Below, piece after piece: positions 36,677 through 48,179 of a DNA stretch of 64,000 nucleotides. The stretch is from Monocercomonoides exilis PA203 (lineage: Eukaryota > Protista > Preaxostyla). Under the pieces are notes generated by a model. That model saw only the letters and a program-made list of their open reading frames with translations. It was not told the origin of the DNA and ran no database searches. The position numbers were made by a program, and so were the translations under genes. The stretch lies in assembly GCA_001643675.2 (NCBI GenBank), contig LSRY02000051.1:124001-188000 (forward strand), read 5' to 3'. Position 1 is the first letter of the stretch. Each line of letters begins with the position of its first letter.

Positions 36677-36946
36677 TGGGGGAAAATACAGTCTTTCAAG
36701 CTTTTTTTGCACAAAGCATGAAATATTTGCTTCATTCATAACTATTTTTCACTTTCTCAGATATCAAAATAAGCTTGATTTTCAGATCCGTAAACAAGCA
36801 TCGTAGAAATCAAAACAAATAGTTTTCGAACATTTCACGAATGACAATAAATGGACTCATTTTTATTGTATTTTTTGATTAAAACAAGTCAATGAAAAGT
36901 GCATAAATTTTCAAGGAAAATGCCTGAAATGAAAAATTTTGTCCCA
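36677..36946 (-). mobile_element. MITE family B, copy 2 (270 bp, inverted relative to copy 1)
   Basis: TA|TGGGGGAAAATACAGTCTTTCAAGCTTTTTTGCACAAAGCAT...AAAATGCCTGAAATGAAAAATTTTGTCCCA|TA. Length matches copy 1 minus its duplicated unit. Confidence 0.82.
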
Positions 36947-37305
36947 TATGACTATTTTGACGAAGTACAAAGAATGAAATGAAATGAAATGAAACAAAGC
37001 AAAAAATGAGATGAAAAAACGAAAACTCAAAAGAATGAATAATGAAGTGGAAAGTTTATATTGATTACCATTTTGCACAAAATGAGAAAAAAAGTAAAAT
37101 CCCGCACATGCATGCACATGACAGCTGAATATTTCCCTTGGCTGCCTGAGAAAATTCGTTTTTGAATGACTTAACCGATTTTGAATGACAATTTGGCTCA
37201 CTTGCGATAAATCATCTAAAAATGTATCGGGATTGAAAAAGAACCTTCTTGTCGGATGCAAAAGAGATTAATCATTAATTCCTGCCCAATTCCTTTTATC
37301 TTCCA

Positions 37306-40300
37306 CTAAGCATCATCCCTCATAGCCACTTTCATCTGCCTTTTCACTTCTGCCAGCGCCGGCCTTCCCCTCGGATCGTCCATCCACATCTTTTCCATCA
37401 CCTCAACCATTTCTGTCCCTTCGATTCCCTCTGTCAGCGGTCGCACTCCATCTCTCATCATCTCCTGCGCTTCTTCTGCATTACACTCGCTCAATGGCAC
37501 TTCCCCTGTTGTCATCTCATGGAGAATCAGTCCAAGTGTGAAAACAACTGCCTTTTCTATTTCCTCATCTTCATTTCCCACTTCTGGAGCTTTCCATCGC
37601 TTCATTTCTTCCTTCTCCTTTTCATCTTCCAATTCCTCTGTCAATAAGTATATTTCATTTTCGTTTCCTTCCTCAATAAAAATCGTATATGGACACAACT
37701 GCCTCCCCATCATTTCCACTCTTTCGTCTCCAACTGAAATCAAATGCTCAAAAAGGTCTGCCACTGCTTTTACCACTTCCTTCCCATCAATCACATCCAT
37801 CGCCCTTGTTCCCAGTGTGAAATCCCCTTCAACAGAATGAATAACTGAATGCAATGCTTTCAGATTCTTTTTCTCCTTCTCTCGAAATGGCTTCTTTGCT
37901 GATATCACATTGAATGAATGCGGTTGCAACACCCCAGAAACAGAAGCATTCTCAGGAAATGGCAATGGAGATTCCAAATCTGGCAAATCATTTTCATTCA
38001 GAACGTCATCAATCATTGATGGAGGCTCTGGAAGATCTTCATCGTTGTCAATGAGAAGTGGAATTTGGCTTGTCATCCCTTCCAGTAATGTGGATGGCAT
38101 TTCATTCATCTCAAAGCTCCCTCCATTGTTTTCCCTTCTTCTCCTCTCAATCTTCTCCAAAATCTGCTCATTTTCCAATATTTCTTTCTCAACTTTCTTT
38201 TCTGATTCTCTCAGTTTCTTTCTCAAAAGCATAATAACCACAACAAATAAAACAATGAAAATGATAAGGATAATTGAAAGAATTATCACAATTATCGGCC
38301 AAAATGATTTTCCCTCTTTCCCTCCCTCGACAATCCTTTCGTCTCCTTTTGCCTTTGTTTCACTTCTATTCTTCAGAATGAATGACTGGGTTGATGAGGG
38401 AGAATCTTCTTTCCCAAACAGAACGCATAAACTAACTTCAGTCTCTTCTCTCACATTCTCCAATTGTGAAGATGTTGCGACTGTTTGTATTTCATTTTCT
38501 GAAGAAAATCCTTCTTTATTGATTTCATGGAGTTCAATGAAATCCACCTCTCCGTTTGTGAAGCACAATTTCAAGGTCAGATCGCAAGGAAGAAGAAGCT
38601 CCCCAAACAGAGTCAGATTTGTTGCACAGGAGGATGTTGGTGAGCTCTTCACTTCATGCAGCACTGGAATGAAAAATGATGATTCTCTTTCAGCTACTAT
38701 TCCACTCAGCTCACATCCGTCATTCAAGATCCACAACGATGTGTTTGGAAACATTCCATCTCCCCCTTTCACGCTCACAACATTCAGCTCGCTGTTCCCT
38801 TCACAAATCATATTCCTTCGAGCTGATGGATATCCCTCAATAGATGGGTTGTTGTTCTCAAATTCTCCTTTTTCAATCTTCACACTCCCTCCACTCACAT
38901 ACAATCCTCCACCCTTGCTCTTCATAATCGTTGTTTCCCTCATCTCTACATTGCTGTTCTCAATATCAACCAATGACCCATTCCACTTGCACAATCCCTC
39001 TTCTTTCATTCTTTCAATCCCTTCATTGATAAACTCGATTTCTGTTTCTCCATCAAACACACATATCTCAATCATCACTTCCTTTGACTGTCTTATCTGC
39101 ATCATGCTTCCCTTGTCAACTGAATTCGTGCATTTTCCAAACGAGCAGTTCTGCACGCTTTCTTCTTGTTCAGCATCTTCCATCGCAATTGTACATCCTC
39201 CGAAAAGCAGAGTTACATTCTCAACCTCCATCTCTTTCACCTCCACTTTCGCTTTCCTTCCAACACTCACAACATCTCCCTCACATTTGATATTCAATAT
39301 TCTTGTTTCAACAATTGTCACATCCGATTCTTCACAAAATGAAATAACTGGTAATTTTGAATGAATATCCCTGAATGTTGTTTCCGATATCTTCAGCTCT
39401 CCACTTTCCACGCTCACAACCGAACTGTTCAACTGCAACTCAACAGCTGTTGCTGATAATGAAGAAAAGAATTCACATTTCTGTATCTCCATTGAACCAT
39501 TCTTCACTTTCATGATGCAGCCGTGAGTCGTCTCAAATCCATCTTCAAACTGGAATGAGCATCTTTCCACAGAACATTCGTTCACAAGCTCCATGACACA
39601 ATCCTTCTCAAATGATTTCTCAATCTTGGAGTTCATCTTCACAATCGCCTTTCCCTTTTTGAGTGAATTCACAACAAGATCTCCAATCACACATTCTTCC
39701 GTCACAAACCCTTCTCCCTCAATCAGAATCGCATTCATAACCCCCTCCTGGATGTGCTCAACCCCACAGTTGATGCTGAGACATGGATTTGTCTGCGCTC
39801 CGCATCTTCTGTCATCACTCCCTCTCCCACTCACAAACACCTGTGCCGAATAATAGAATGTGATCAGCGGAATCAGATCAACACCTCCCTCGCTCGAAGC
39901 ATCTCTCCCGCAGATGGAGTTGTTTGAGTTCAGCGATTCCTGGTTGTAGTTCAACGCAAACAGTGTTTCGTTGATCTGGTGCTCAATCGAGTGGCATCTG
40001 ACAAACACGTCTTTCCCCACATATGCCTCATTCATCACAAACAGGATGTTCACAATCTTGAAATTCAGAGGCGGAATCTGACTTTCATTTCCATAATTCG
40101 CATTTGGGTCTGACCCATCAATGAACAGCCCTCCTCCGCGCCCTGTGTCAGACGAGCACTTGCACGTCGAAAACGAGCCACCATTCACTTTCAACACTGA
40201 CTCTCCACTCTTCAGCACCACTCTCATTCCCCCTCCTTCTGTGCTTAAGCCACTCTTGCAACTCGACATTGAGCACTCATCCATCATACACTCCACTCCA

Positions 40301-43300
40301 TTCTCAAATGATCCCACATCAACAACACTCGCTCCAATCCCTTCATTCGTGATATTTGTGAATGAACACCCAACAACCCTCAAAACTGGTCTGTTGCCAT
40401 TTGAACCAGTATTCTCGTCTCCGTTCATTTGATTCTCGTCTATCATCGAAATCAGACTCCTTTCTATCACACCAGCAAATGAAATGTTCACATTCTGAAC
40501 AGTCACCTCAGATGCACTTGGGCTGAAAGCAATCAACCCTTTCAACTCTGAAATCAAACTCAACGAACTCCTCTCAATCAATACACTCCCTCCATTCACT
40601 CTCATCAAGCAGTATCCAAAACTTTCTGTCACCCCCCTCCCTGGGCCAAATGAACAATCTGAAACTGACAATAATGTGTTTGTTCCGGAGGATTCAATCA
40701 ACACTTCATGATGAGTTGTGATGGCTGGCTTGGTGAATGACACATTCACAAACGACAAACTCACATTCGAGGAGATCATTGAACCATCATCAGGCAAATC
40801 ATTCTCATCTTCATCACTGATCGTCACTCCTGTCCCTTTCTTTGTCCCATCAATCACCACTTTTGGTGACTCTGATATTGATGATGATGAAGAAGAAAAT
40901 GAAATTGAATGGCTCAGCAACCCTGATCCCACAATCGCAATATGTGTTTCCCCTTCTCCAAATGTTGGATATAGAAGTGATATCAAGTGATCAATCGATG
41001 AACATGGTGCTTCCGAATATCCACACCCACTGAAGTCTCCTCCTTTCTCTCGAGAAACATACCCATCCCCGCTCCAGTTCCTCCACAAATACACAACCAA
41101 TGGAATCACATATTCCTCCTCTCCAGTCATCTTCCTCTCCCATCCACACAACTCATCAAACGATCTCAACTCCTCTGAACTCATCTCCCATTTGAAGTTC
41201 TCTTTGTTCACAACCTCGCTCAGATCCCATCCTGAAACAAATGCATTCTTCCCTTTCCAGGCATTGCATCCCTCAAATATCATTCCTTCCAAAACAAATG
41301 ATCCCATTTGATTGGGAAGTTCAACAAACATCCCTCCTCCCAATCCTCTCCCCACCTCATCACTCTCACCTGATGGCACTTCACATCCTTCAAACTTCAC
41401 TTCCTTCATCTTCAAGCTCCCTCCACTTCCAACAGTTATCATCACCCCTCCTCCTCTTCCATTTGAGTCTGCCTCATTCTCTGCATTGCAACCATCAAAT
41501 GTGGTTGACCCATTGATCGCAACCTCTTCATCTTTGCCGATCGAAATCTTCGTTCCTCCACCACAACCGTCTTTCTCCTCAGCACCACATTCACTGAATG
41601 TGCTATTCGTGATTATAATGATATCAACAATAGAAGTGTCAGAATTCTCAATTTTCTTTTTGTCACAACTCCTTTCCAAACAGCTTCCTCCTCCATTTCT
41701 CCTCGAAATTCCAGTTAGAACACAATTTGAAAACTCTGCTGAACTTTCTCCGCAACATCTGATTATTGGATCTGACAAGGTGTTTAGTGATCCTTTGTTC
41801 GAGAAGCCTGTCATGTGCAGAACTCCTCCCTCAATCAGAAAAACACAGTATTCGATTTCATTCTGTGAGTTTCCGATGGCAGGCTCAATTGAGCAATCAC
41901 TGACACTCAAAGCATTCGAAGAGGAAAAGATGAATGAAGAGGCTGGAGAAAGTGCTGATGGAAGCGAAAAGCACAAATCTTTCAGCAATGCTCCAGATGA
42001 AATGTGAATCAAACATTCTGAGTCAAACTGAAGAGCAGGAGACACAACAACCTCAACAACAGTGTCTCTAATTGTGCCTGTCACATTCCAAAACTGGCTT
42101 TCCATCACAATCTCTTCACAAAGCACAAAACCATTTTTGATTCGGATTGTTCGTGGTACAGCCCCAAACCACAACTCAACCACTCTCTTGATCGATGAGC
42201 ACGGATACTGCTCCATTCCACATCTGCTGAAGTCCAGGCTTTTCTCTCCTCCCACAAATCCAATATCCCCTGTTTCCATCAAAAATGGAAGAAGTGGCAC
42301 ACACTCCTCCCTGCACCCATCCTCAAATCCCAATAAGTCACTGTCTGTCATGCCCTCATGCTCAAACCCAAATGTGATGCGACTCACAACATCTCTCAGA
42401 CACTGTGCGTTCACAAATATATTGTTCCCATTTTCTGCCTGGCAATCCTCAAAATGAGCACAATGGATGCAAAAAGCACAATTCTCATCAACAACATCCA
42501 GATAAATAGCTCCGCCATATCCTCCAACTCCATTTCCCTTCCCCACACAGCTGCAACTGCTGAATGTCACACAATCCACATTCTCATCAGCACCTTCACT
42601 TGAGACATTCCCGATCTCCATCTTCGAGCCTTCATCCAGTTGAATCCACATCCCTCCTCCACATCCATCCTCGCACTCGCAGTTCCTCATCATTCCCCCT
42701 GAAATATTCACATTCATCCCATTCACCAGATTCCCACAAATCACACTCCCATCTCCACCCGCTCGAGAAATACCATATGCATCAACATTGTTCATCTGGA
42801 AAGACAGTGAGCTTTCGCCTCTGATGTTGAATGCAGGAATAGATGAAAACGATATTCCACTGATCTCAACAGAATCAAAACTGACAGACCCCTTTTGGAT
42901 AATCATCAGCGATGCTGTTAAAACACAACTTTCATCGTTTCTCAATGAAGTGATCACACACTTACACATATTCAACATCCCGACTTCTGCCAACACTTCC
43001 ATCAGATGAGACGATGGATTCTCTCCACAAACAAATGTCATATTTCTGAAACTTCCCACTCCAGCTCCAATGGCCACCAACGATTCTCCATTTGGTGATC
43101 TGTTGCGAACAACCACTTGTGCTTTATCTTTCCCCTCAAATGCAATTCTCATCTTTCCAACATCAATTTTGTTTTCTTCATAATCCCCAAATTCAATGAT
43201 CACTTCATTGCTGCTTCCATCACCATCCAGCACACTCATTCCAAACTCGATTGTTTTGCATCTCCTTCCATATCCGTCCTCTGCTCTCACAAACCCACAG

Positions 43301-45087
43301 GCCATGTGATCCAACCCTTCCTGTGAGTTCACAAACACTGGGTTGAAGAAAACTTTTGGAATCCAGCTGTCGTGTTCTGTTGTTCCAATAATCACTCGAT
43401 TTCTATTTGCAGCTGTGCTTGAACTGCAAAGCACAAACGAATTTTCAGTGATGTTTGTCCACCCTTCAACAGCATAGACATCATGGCCCAAATTCACAGC
43501 TATGTTATTTGAAAAGAAGCAAAACAAAGTTGGTGAATCATTCTCTCCTGGGATGTTATCCCAACTGATTCCTCCTCCATTCTTCTCGCTGTATCCACCA
43601 CAAATTGAACAATCAGTGAAAATGGCAGAAACATCATTATAAAAGCCAACACTTCCTCCTCCATTGTATTGCGTCGTATTCTTTCTGCAGTTATAAAAGT
43701 GACAGTTTTCAGCAAGCCCCTGATGTTCATTGTGCTCAATAAATATTCCTCCACCCATATGTTTAACTGAACTATAAGAACAATTGATGTTTTTAACAGA
43801 AAATGTAGAAATAAAATAAAAATATAAACAACCACCAGAAGCTTCACCTGTGCAAGAATCAAATACAGAAGAAGCTATGATGAAATTTTTTCCGTTTTCT
43901 CCGGATGAAATGGCTCCACCACAATAACTGCTGTGGCATGAATGAAATTTGCATAAGGTGACATTTAACAGTCCAGAAGATGTGAAAAGTATTGCACCAC
44001 CGTTAACTCTTGAAGAATTTTCAGTTGAAAGGTTGTTGAAATCACAATCCACAAATGTTGCGTCACCTGAGTCAATAACTTGACTTTTCATAGTCTTGTT
44101 TCCAATCACTGGATCTGTATTTTCTCTCCGAATGCATTGAGAATAACTTGAATTGCAAGCCAAGAAATGATGATATCCTGAACGCATCCCTTCGACCAAT
44201 CCTCCACCAAGTGGAGAATCCACTTTCTCGACAACGCATCCAGTGAAAGAATAATCATTTTTCGAGTTGCCCATCGAATAGTGATTGTTTTGGATTCTTG
44301 CGCTTTGTGATATATTCGAAAAATGGCAGGTATAAACTACTATTTCCCTTATGTTTGTGCTTACCAAAAAAGAAGTCGATCTCCCAAGGGAAAATGAAGA
44401 AAAAGCGGAATCAATTATTTTCAAGTCTTTTTTCTTAAACTCAGAACTTATTTTTTCACATCCAACAAATGATTGACAAATTTCTGCACATTCAGCACTC
44501 GAATAAGAAGTGTGACTTAGAATCAAATGTCCTTCATTCAGTGTAAATAAATAATCACGTGATGCTCCTCGTTGATGGACTGAACAACAATGAATAAGAA
44601 CTGCGGATAAGTCGTTGATGAGCATGAGGGATCTTCTCTCTTCTTTGACAAATGACAAATATTTCATTTCACAACTCGAATTTCCAAAATAAACCACAGT
44701 CATCACAGTGGACCTTTGGTTGTGAAAAACTCTTTTCGAATCTCCAACAATCTTCAACTGACTCTTCTCATTCTTCAAATGGCAATTCATATCGTTTGGT
44801 TCACTTCTTTTCTCTTTTGAATCCTTTTTACTCTCCTTCAATATCGTCTTCATTCCTTCAGCATCTTCACAAATTGTTTCATCTTTTTTAAGACCATTTC
44901 TTGTTTTTTGCTTGTTTTGAGCAGTTCCACCAGAATTTTCCTTTATATGTTCGTTAGCCGATTCTTGCTTCTTGATATGAACAAATTGGACATCTTCAGT
45001 AGATGTAAAGTCAGAGTGTTCAAGTTTGTCAACAATCTCAAAGCTAATCAACAAGGCTATCCAGACAAATAAAAGAAACAAACTCAT
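37306..45087 (-). CDS. Large type-I membrane protein: signal peptide, predicted beta-helix ectodomain (GG[A/G]x / FxxC repeats), TM helix, degenerate kinase-like C-lobe
   Basis: 2593-aa ORF with hydrophobic N-terminus MSLFLLFVWIALLIS, many GGAI/GGGM motifs and repeated CGxxxxPCxSI modules. TM segment FWPIIVIILSIILIIFIVLFVVVIMLL (~38225-38304). Tail RWKAPE...VFTLGLILHEMTTGEVP...RP. Confidence 0.88.
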   Translation of the reverse strand: MSLFLLFVWIALLISFEIVDKLEHSDFTSTEDVQFVHIKKQESANEHIKENSGGTAQNKQKTRNGLKKDETICEDAEGMKTILKESKKDSKEKRSEPNDMNCHLKNEKSQLKIVGDSKRVFHNQRSTVMTVVYFGNSSCEMKYLSFVKEERRSLMLINDLSAVLIHCCSVHQRGASRDYLFTLNEGHLILSHTSYSSAECAEICQSFVGCEKISSEFKKKDLKIIDSAFSSFSLGRSTSFLVSTNIREIVVYTCHFSNISQSARIQNNHYSMGNSKNDYSFTGCVVEKVDSPLGGGLVEGMRSGYHHFLACNSSYSQCIRRENTDPVIGNKTMKSQVIDSGDATFVDCDFNNLSTENSSRVNGGAILFTSSGLLNVTLCKFHSCHSSYCGGAISSGENGKNFIIASSVFDSCTGEASGGCLYFYFISTFSVKNINCSYSSVKHMGGGIFIEHNEHQGLAENCHFYNCRKNTTQYNGGGSVGFYNDVSAIFTDCSICGGYSEKNGGGISWDNIPGENDSPTLFCFFSNNIAVNLGHDVYAVEGWTNITENSFVLCSSSTAANRNRVIIGTTEHDSWIPKVFFNPVFVNSQEGLDHMACGFVRAEDGYGRRCKTIEFGMSVLDGDGSSNEVIIEFGDYEENKIDVGKMRIAFEGKDKAQVVVRNRSPNGESLVAIGAGVGSFRNMTFVCGENPSSHLMEVLAEVGMLNMCKCVITSLRNDESCVLTASLMIIQKGSVSFDSVEISGISFSSIPAFNIRGESSLSFQMNNVDAYGISRAGGDGSVICGNLVNGMNVNISGGMMRNCECEDGCGGGMWIQLDEGSKMEIGNVSSEGADENVDCVTFSSCSCVGKGNGVGGYGGAIYLDVVDENCAFCIHCAHFEDCQAENGNNIFVNAQCLRDVVSRITFGFEHEGMTDSDLLGFEDGCREECVPLLPFLMETGDIGFVGGEKSLDFSRCGMEQYPCSSIKRVVELWFGAVPRTIRIKNGFVLCEEIVMESQFWNVTGTIRDTVVEVVVSPALQFDSECLIHISSGALLKDLCFSLPSALSPASSFIFSSSNALSVSDCSIEPAIGNSQNEIEYCVFLIEGGVLHMTGFSNKGSLNTLSDPIIRCCGESSAEFSNCVLTGISRRNGGGSCLERSCDKKKIENSDTSIVDIIIITNSTFSECGAEEKDGCGGGTKISIGKDEEVAINGSTTFDGCNAENEADSNGRGGGVMITVGSGGSLKMKEVKFEGCEVPSGESDEVGRGLGGGMFVELPNQMGSFVLEGMIFEGCNAWKGKNAFVSGWDLSEVVNKENFKWEMSSEELRSFDELCGWERKMTGEEEYVIPLVVYLWRNWSGDGYVSREKGGDFSGCGYSEAPCSSIDHLISLLYPTFGEGETHIAIVGSGLLSHSISFSSSSSSISESPKVVIDGTKKGTGVTISDEDENDLPDDGSMISSNVSLSFVNVSFTKPAITTHHEVLIESSGTNTLLSVSDCSFGPGRGVTESFGYCLMRVNGGSVLIERSSLSLISELKGLIAFSPSASEVTVQNVNISFAGVIERSLISMIDENQMNGDENTGSNGNRPVLRVVGCSFTNITNEGIGASVVDVGSFENGVECMMDECSMSSCKSGLSTEGGGMRVVLKSGESVLKVNGGSFSTCKCSSDTGRGGGLFIDGSDPNANYGNESQIPPLNFKIVNILFVMNEAYVGKDVFVRCHSIEHQINETLFALNYNQESLNSNNSICGRDASSEGGVDLIPLITFYYSAQVFVSGRGSDDRRCGAQTNPCLSINCGVEHIQEGVMNAILIEGEGFVTEECVIGDLVVNSLKKGKAIVKMNSKIEKSFEKDCVMELVNECSVERCSFQFEDGFETTHGCIMKVKNGSMEIQKCEFFSSLSATAVELQLNSSVVSVESGELKISETTFRDIHSKLPVISFCEESDVTIVETRILNIKCEGDVVSVGRKAKVEVKEMEVENVTLLFGGCTIAMEDAEQEESVQNCSFGKCTNSVDKGSMMQIRQSKEVMIEICVFDGETEIEFINEGIERMKEEGLCKWNGSLVDIENSNVEMRETTIMKSKGGGLYVSGGSVKIEKGEFENNNPSIEGYPSARRNMICEGNSELNVVSVKGGDGMFPNTSLWILNDGCELSGIVAERESSFFIPVLHEVKSSPTSSCATNLTLFGELLLPCDLTLKLCFTNGEVDFIELHEINKEGFSSENEIQTVATSSQLENVREETEVSLCVLFGKEDSPSSTQSFILKNRSETKAKGDERIVEGGKEGKSFWPIIVIILSIILIIFIVLFVVVIMLLRKKLRESEKKVEKEILENEQILEKIERRRRENNGGSFEMNEMPSTLLEGMTSQIPLLIDNDEDLPEPPSMIDDVLNENDLPDLESPLPFPENASVSGVLQPHSFNVISAKKPFREKEKKNLKALHSVIHSVEGDFTLGTRAMDVIDGKEVVKAVADLFEHLISVGDERVEMMGRQLCPYTIFIEEGNENEIYLLTEELEDEKEKEEMKRWKAPEVGNEDEEIEKAVVFTLGLILHEMTTGEVPLSECNAEEAQEMMRDGVRPLTEGIEGTEMVEVMEKMWMDDPRGRPALAEVKRQMKVAMRDDA

Positions 45088-47099
45088 TTTGTATATTAAT
45101 ATGGGTTATTATATATTTTTCTTTTCCAATCTTTCTCAGTTATGTCACATTTATCTGTGCTTCAAAAGTGCATCAAAGTTATTGTTGTGAAAAATTCAAT
45201 AGACCATTATGATTTAAATTGTGATCAATGTTAATAAAAAATGCTAAGATTTCTTGACATCTGCTTTTTCTTTGCCTTGGCTGATAATAATTAAATAGAG
45301 TTTAATAATGTTTTTTCTATTCAAAAAATTATTGATGAATGCATTTGTTTGTTTATATTTTATTTTTTATTTCGAATACATCGTGAAAGTGAAGCAAATT
45401 TTTCAATTTGTGAATTATACACTGCCACAGAATGTTGAAAATCAGTGTTTGCATCTCTTAAAACACAACCACAAAATTACGAGCAAGCATTTCTCCATAT
45501 TATACAAACTCTTCTTTTCTTCGAGAAATATTTTGCTGAATTTGGATGTGATTTCTGGAGAGTACACACCGATAAAACCTGTTGAAGAACAAGATGAGAC
45601 ATTTATTACAAAATTTTAGCTGTATTATTGAAAGTTACAAGGATTTATTTAACGATGATTTCAGCAATGGCAGAGCGCTGTCGAAAGACGGCTCATCGTT
45701 TCTTTTCAAAGATGGGTTAAAAAGATATTTGAATGTTTCTGTTTAAATGAAGTTTTTAAAAAACATGGGGAAGGATTGTTGCACTGAAACGTTGAGCATT
45801 TAGATCAATCTTCAAATTCACTAATTATCCAGCAAAAATTCAAATGTGCTCATGATCGGAGTTTTTGATAGCTTTCTCTTCATTATTCATAGTCTCCTTC
45901 TTTTGGTTTTTGTTTACAGCCAATAATTTACACGATGAACTTCACAAGGAATATCCACCCGAATTCTTAAAATGAGGATTTTTAAAGAGCAAATGTCAAA
46001 CATGAGCATTGACAGAACAAAAATAAAAGAGAGGAAGGCAAAGAGGCGATAAGCAAATGGATTAAGCTTCTGTGGATCTTATTTGATATTTCTTTCAGGC
46101 TTAACCACAGCTGTAGACTTCAAGAGGTTCATTTGAATTGGATTCACAATAGTTTTTTCATTATTAACTCGTTTCTTTTCTGAAGGTGAAATTTGCCTTT
46201 AAAGACAGGGTATTTTTAAAAGATATTCTTCAATGATATCTTCAAGGTTTGTCTTTCTGTAAATATTCCATATGTTTTTTTTTCCTTTCACTATTCGAAT
46301 TGAATTGATAGAATTTGAAGAGAAGCAAATATGCTTTGAATGGAAGGAAACATGAAGCTGAACTTAATAAGATCTCAGATATAAAAGCATAAATTGAACT
46401 TATCCTCAGATGGGTTGGCAGACTTCACGCAAACGCAATTTTGCATCTGTTGGCCAGAATTCTTTTTCTGCCTTGGATTGATGATTGCTGCATCAGATCC
46501 TTCAGCGATGACATGTGAGATCATTTTTTTTGAGATGACTGAATCAGATGATTGTGTGACGAGCTTCACAGAAAAGCATTGAAAGAAGTGAGATTTCTTG
46601 AATTGTTCAAAGAAATCTGATTCAAAATCGAGTTGATAAAATCTTTTGCAATTGTTGAAGAGACAGGATCAAGAAATTTATGCATGAATATGCATGCAAA
46701 GTTCATGAATATGAATTGAATAATAACGCCGAACCAATGAGAAAGAGATAGCAAAAGGTTGTTTTTTATTCTCAAACATCATTTTTCAACAAATTGACTG
46801 AACACGCATTGTTGAAGAATTATAACTTCTTTGTTTGATTGCTCATTGTTTGAATTTTCAAGAAAACTGGACGATGTCGAAGGAATAGCGAATTACTAAA
46901 TAATAAGAAGTTTTTGATAATTTTATTCAAGGTGATTTTATTAGGGTTATAATTTTATCTCGACATTTTTTTTTATCTTGACCTTTTTTTATTAAATCAG
47001 TTTTTTTTCCACTATTTCATATTTTTAAAGATTTTTAAGTATATATATGAATTCAATCGATAAAAATAAATGCATTTTGAAACAAACCCAATTTCGCAT

Positions 47100-47123
47100 G
47101 GGGGGGGGGGGGGGGGGGGGGGG
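47100..47123 (+). repeat. Poly-G tract (24 G)
   Basis: Seen directly in AT-rich intergenic DNA. Confidence 0.9.
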
Positions 47124-48179
47124 TTAGCTTCTTCATTGAACTTCTGTGTGGAATTGGAGGGTTGCATGTGGTATAAAACCTTCAGTTTGTCAAAAATGTT
47201 ATTTTTTGAATTATTTTTCATTTCATTTCAATAAAAAAATAAAAAATAAAAAAAAACTAAATAAATAAATATGAAATCAAAAAAATAAAAATTAAATTAA
47301 ATTATTTTTTGAAAACGAAAAAAATTAATTAATTTCGAGTGGGACATTATTATCAATGCAAAATATAAAGTCATTTATGAAAACACTTTTGAAAATTACT
47401 TTTTTCCTTTTATAAATTGTCGATTATACGCTTCGTGAAGCTATTATCTCAAAACAGAAAAACGAAGGAATTTGAATAATTAATTCGAAAGTATTCGAAG
47501 GACACGTAATAACTTTTTCTGATAATGGAGGATCGAAGATGCAATGAATAAAAAAAGTGAATTATATGAACGTGAAATGAGGGGCCTTTGATGAGTGTTA
47601 TTGTTCAGCATTGGGCAAATACGCAAGCGGAATACTTCTTCGGCTGATGAATGAAAGCCCAAACTTCCTGATTTCATCATCCTTTGACACAATTGTGACC
47701 TAGTTGAGAAGTTATATCTTTATCTTTTTTCTCCAAATCAAGAAGTGACTGTAAAATTGCGAAAAATCGCATTCCGAAAAGCTTCACTGGATACTTTTGA
47801 TAACATGAGAGGATATACCATGGGTGCTTAACCCGCACCCTGGTGCTAAACGCGCACCCTATTCATAATTGAATGAGCTTTCAAAACACAATTCGACGCT
47901 TTAATATTGAAAACAGTTTTTTAACAGATAATAATGATGTCAACAATCCAAGTTCAGCTTCTGCTTGGTCTCCGTTAATTTGTGTTCTTTCAAAGTGAAG
48001 CCAGTTTCTTTTTTAATCCAAAGAAAATATCAATCGCAACTTTTTCAGAGCAAGTGAAAATAATAAAACAGTTCAATATTATTTGCTTTGTACATCAGAC
48101 AATGAAATTCGTTAACGTTATCTTTGATTCAAAATGACAACTAAAGAAATTTTGATATGCTTGATCACACCCAATAAAG

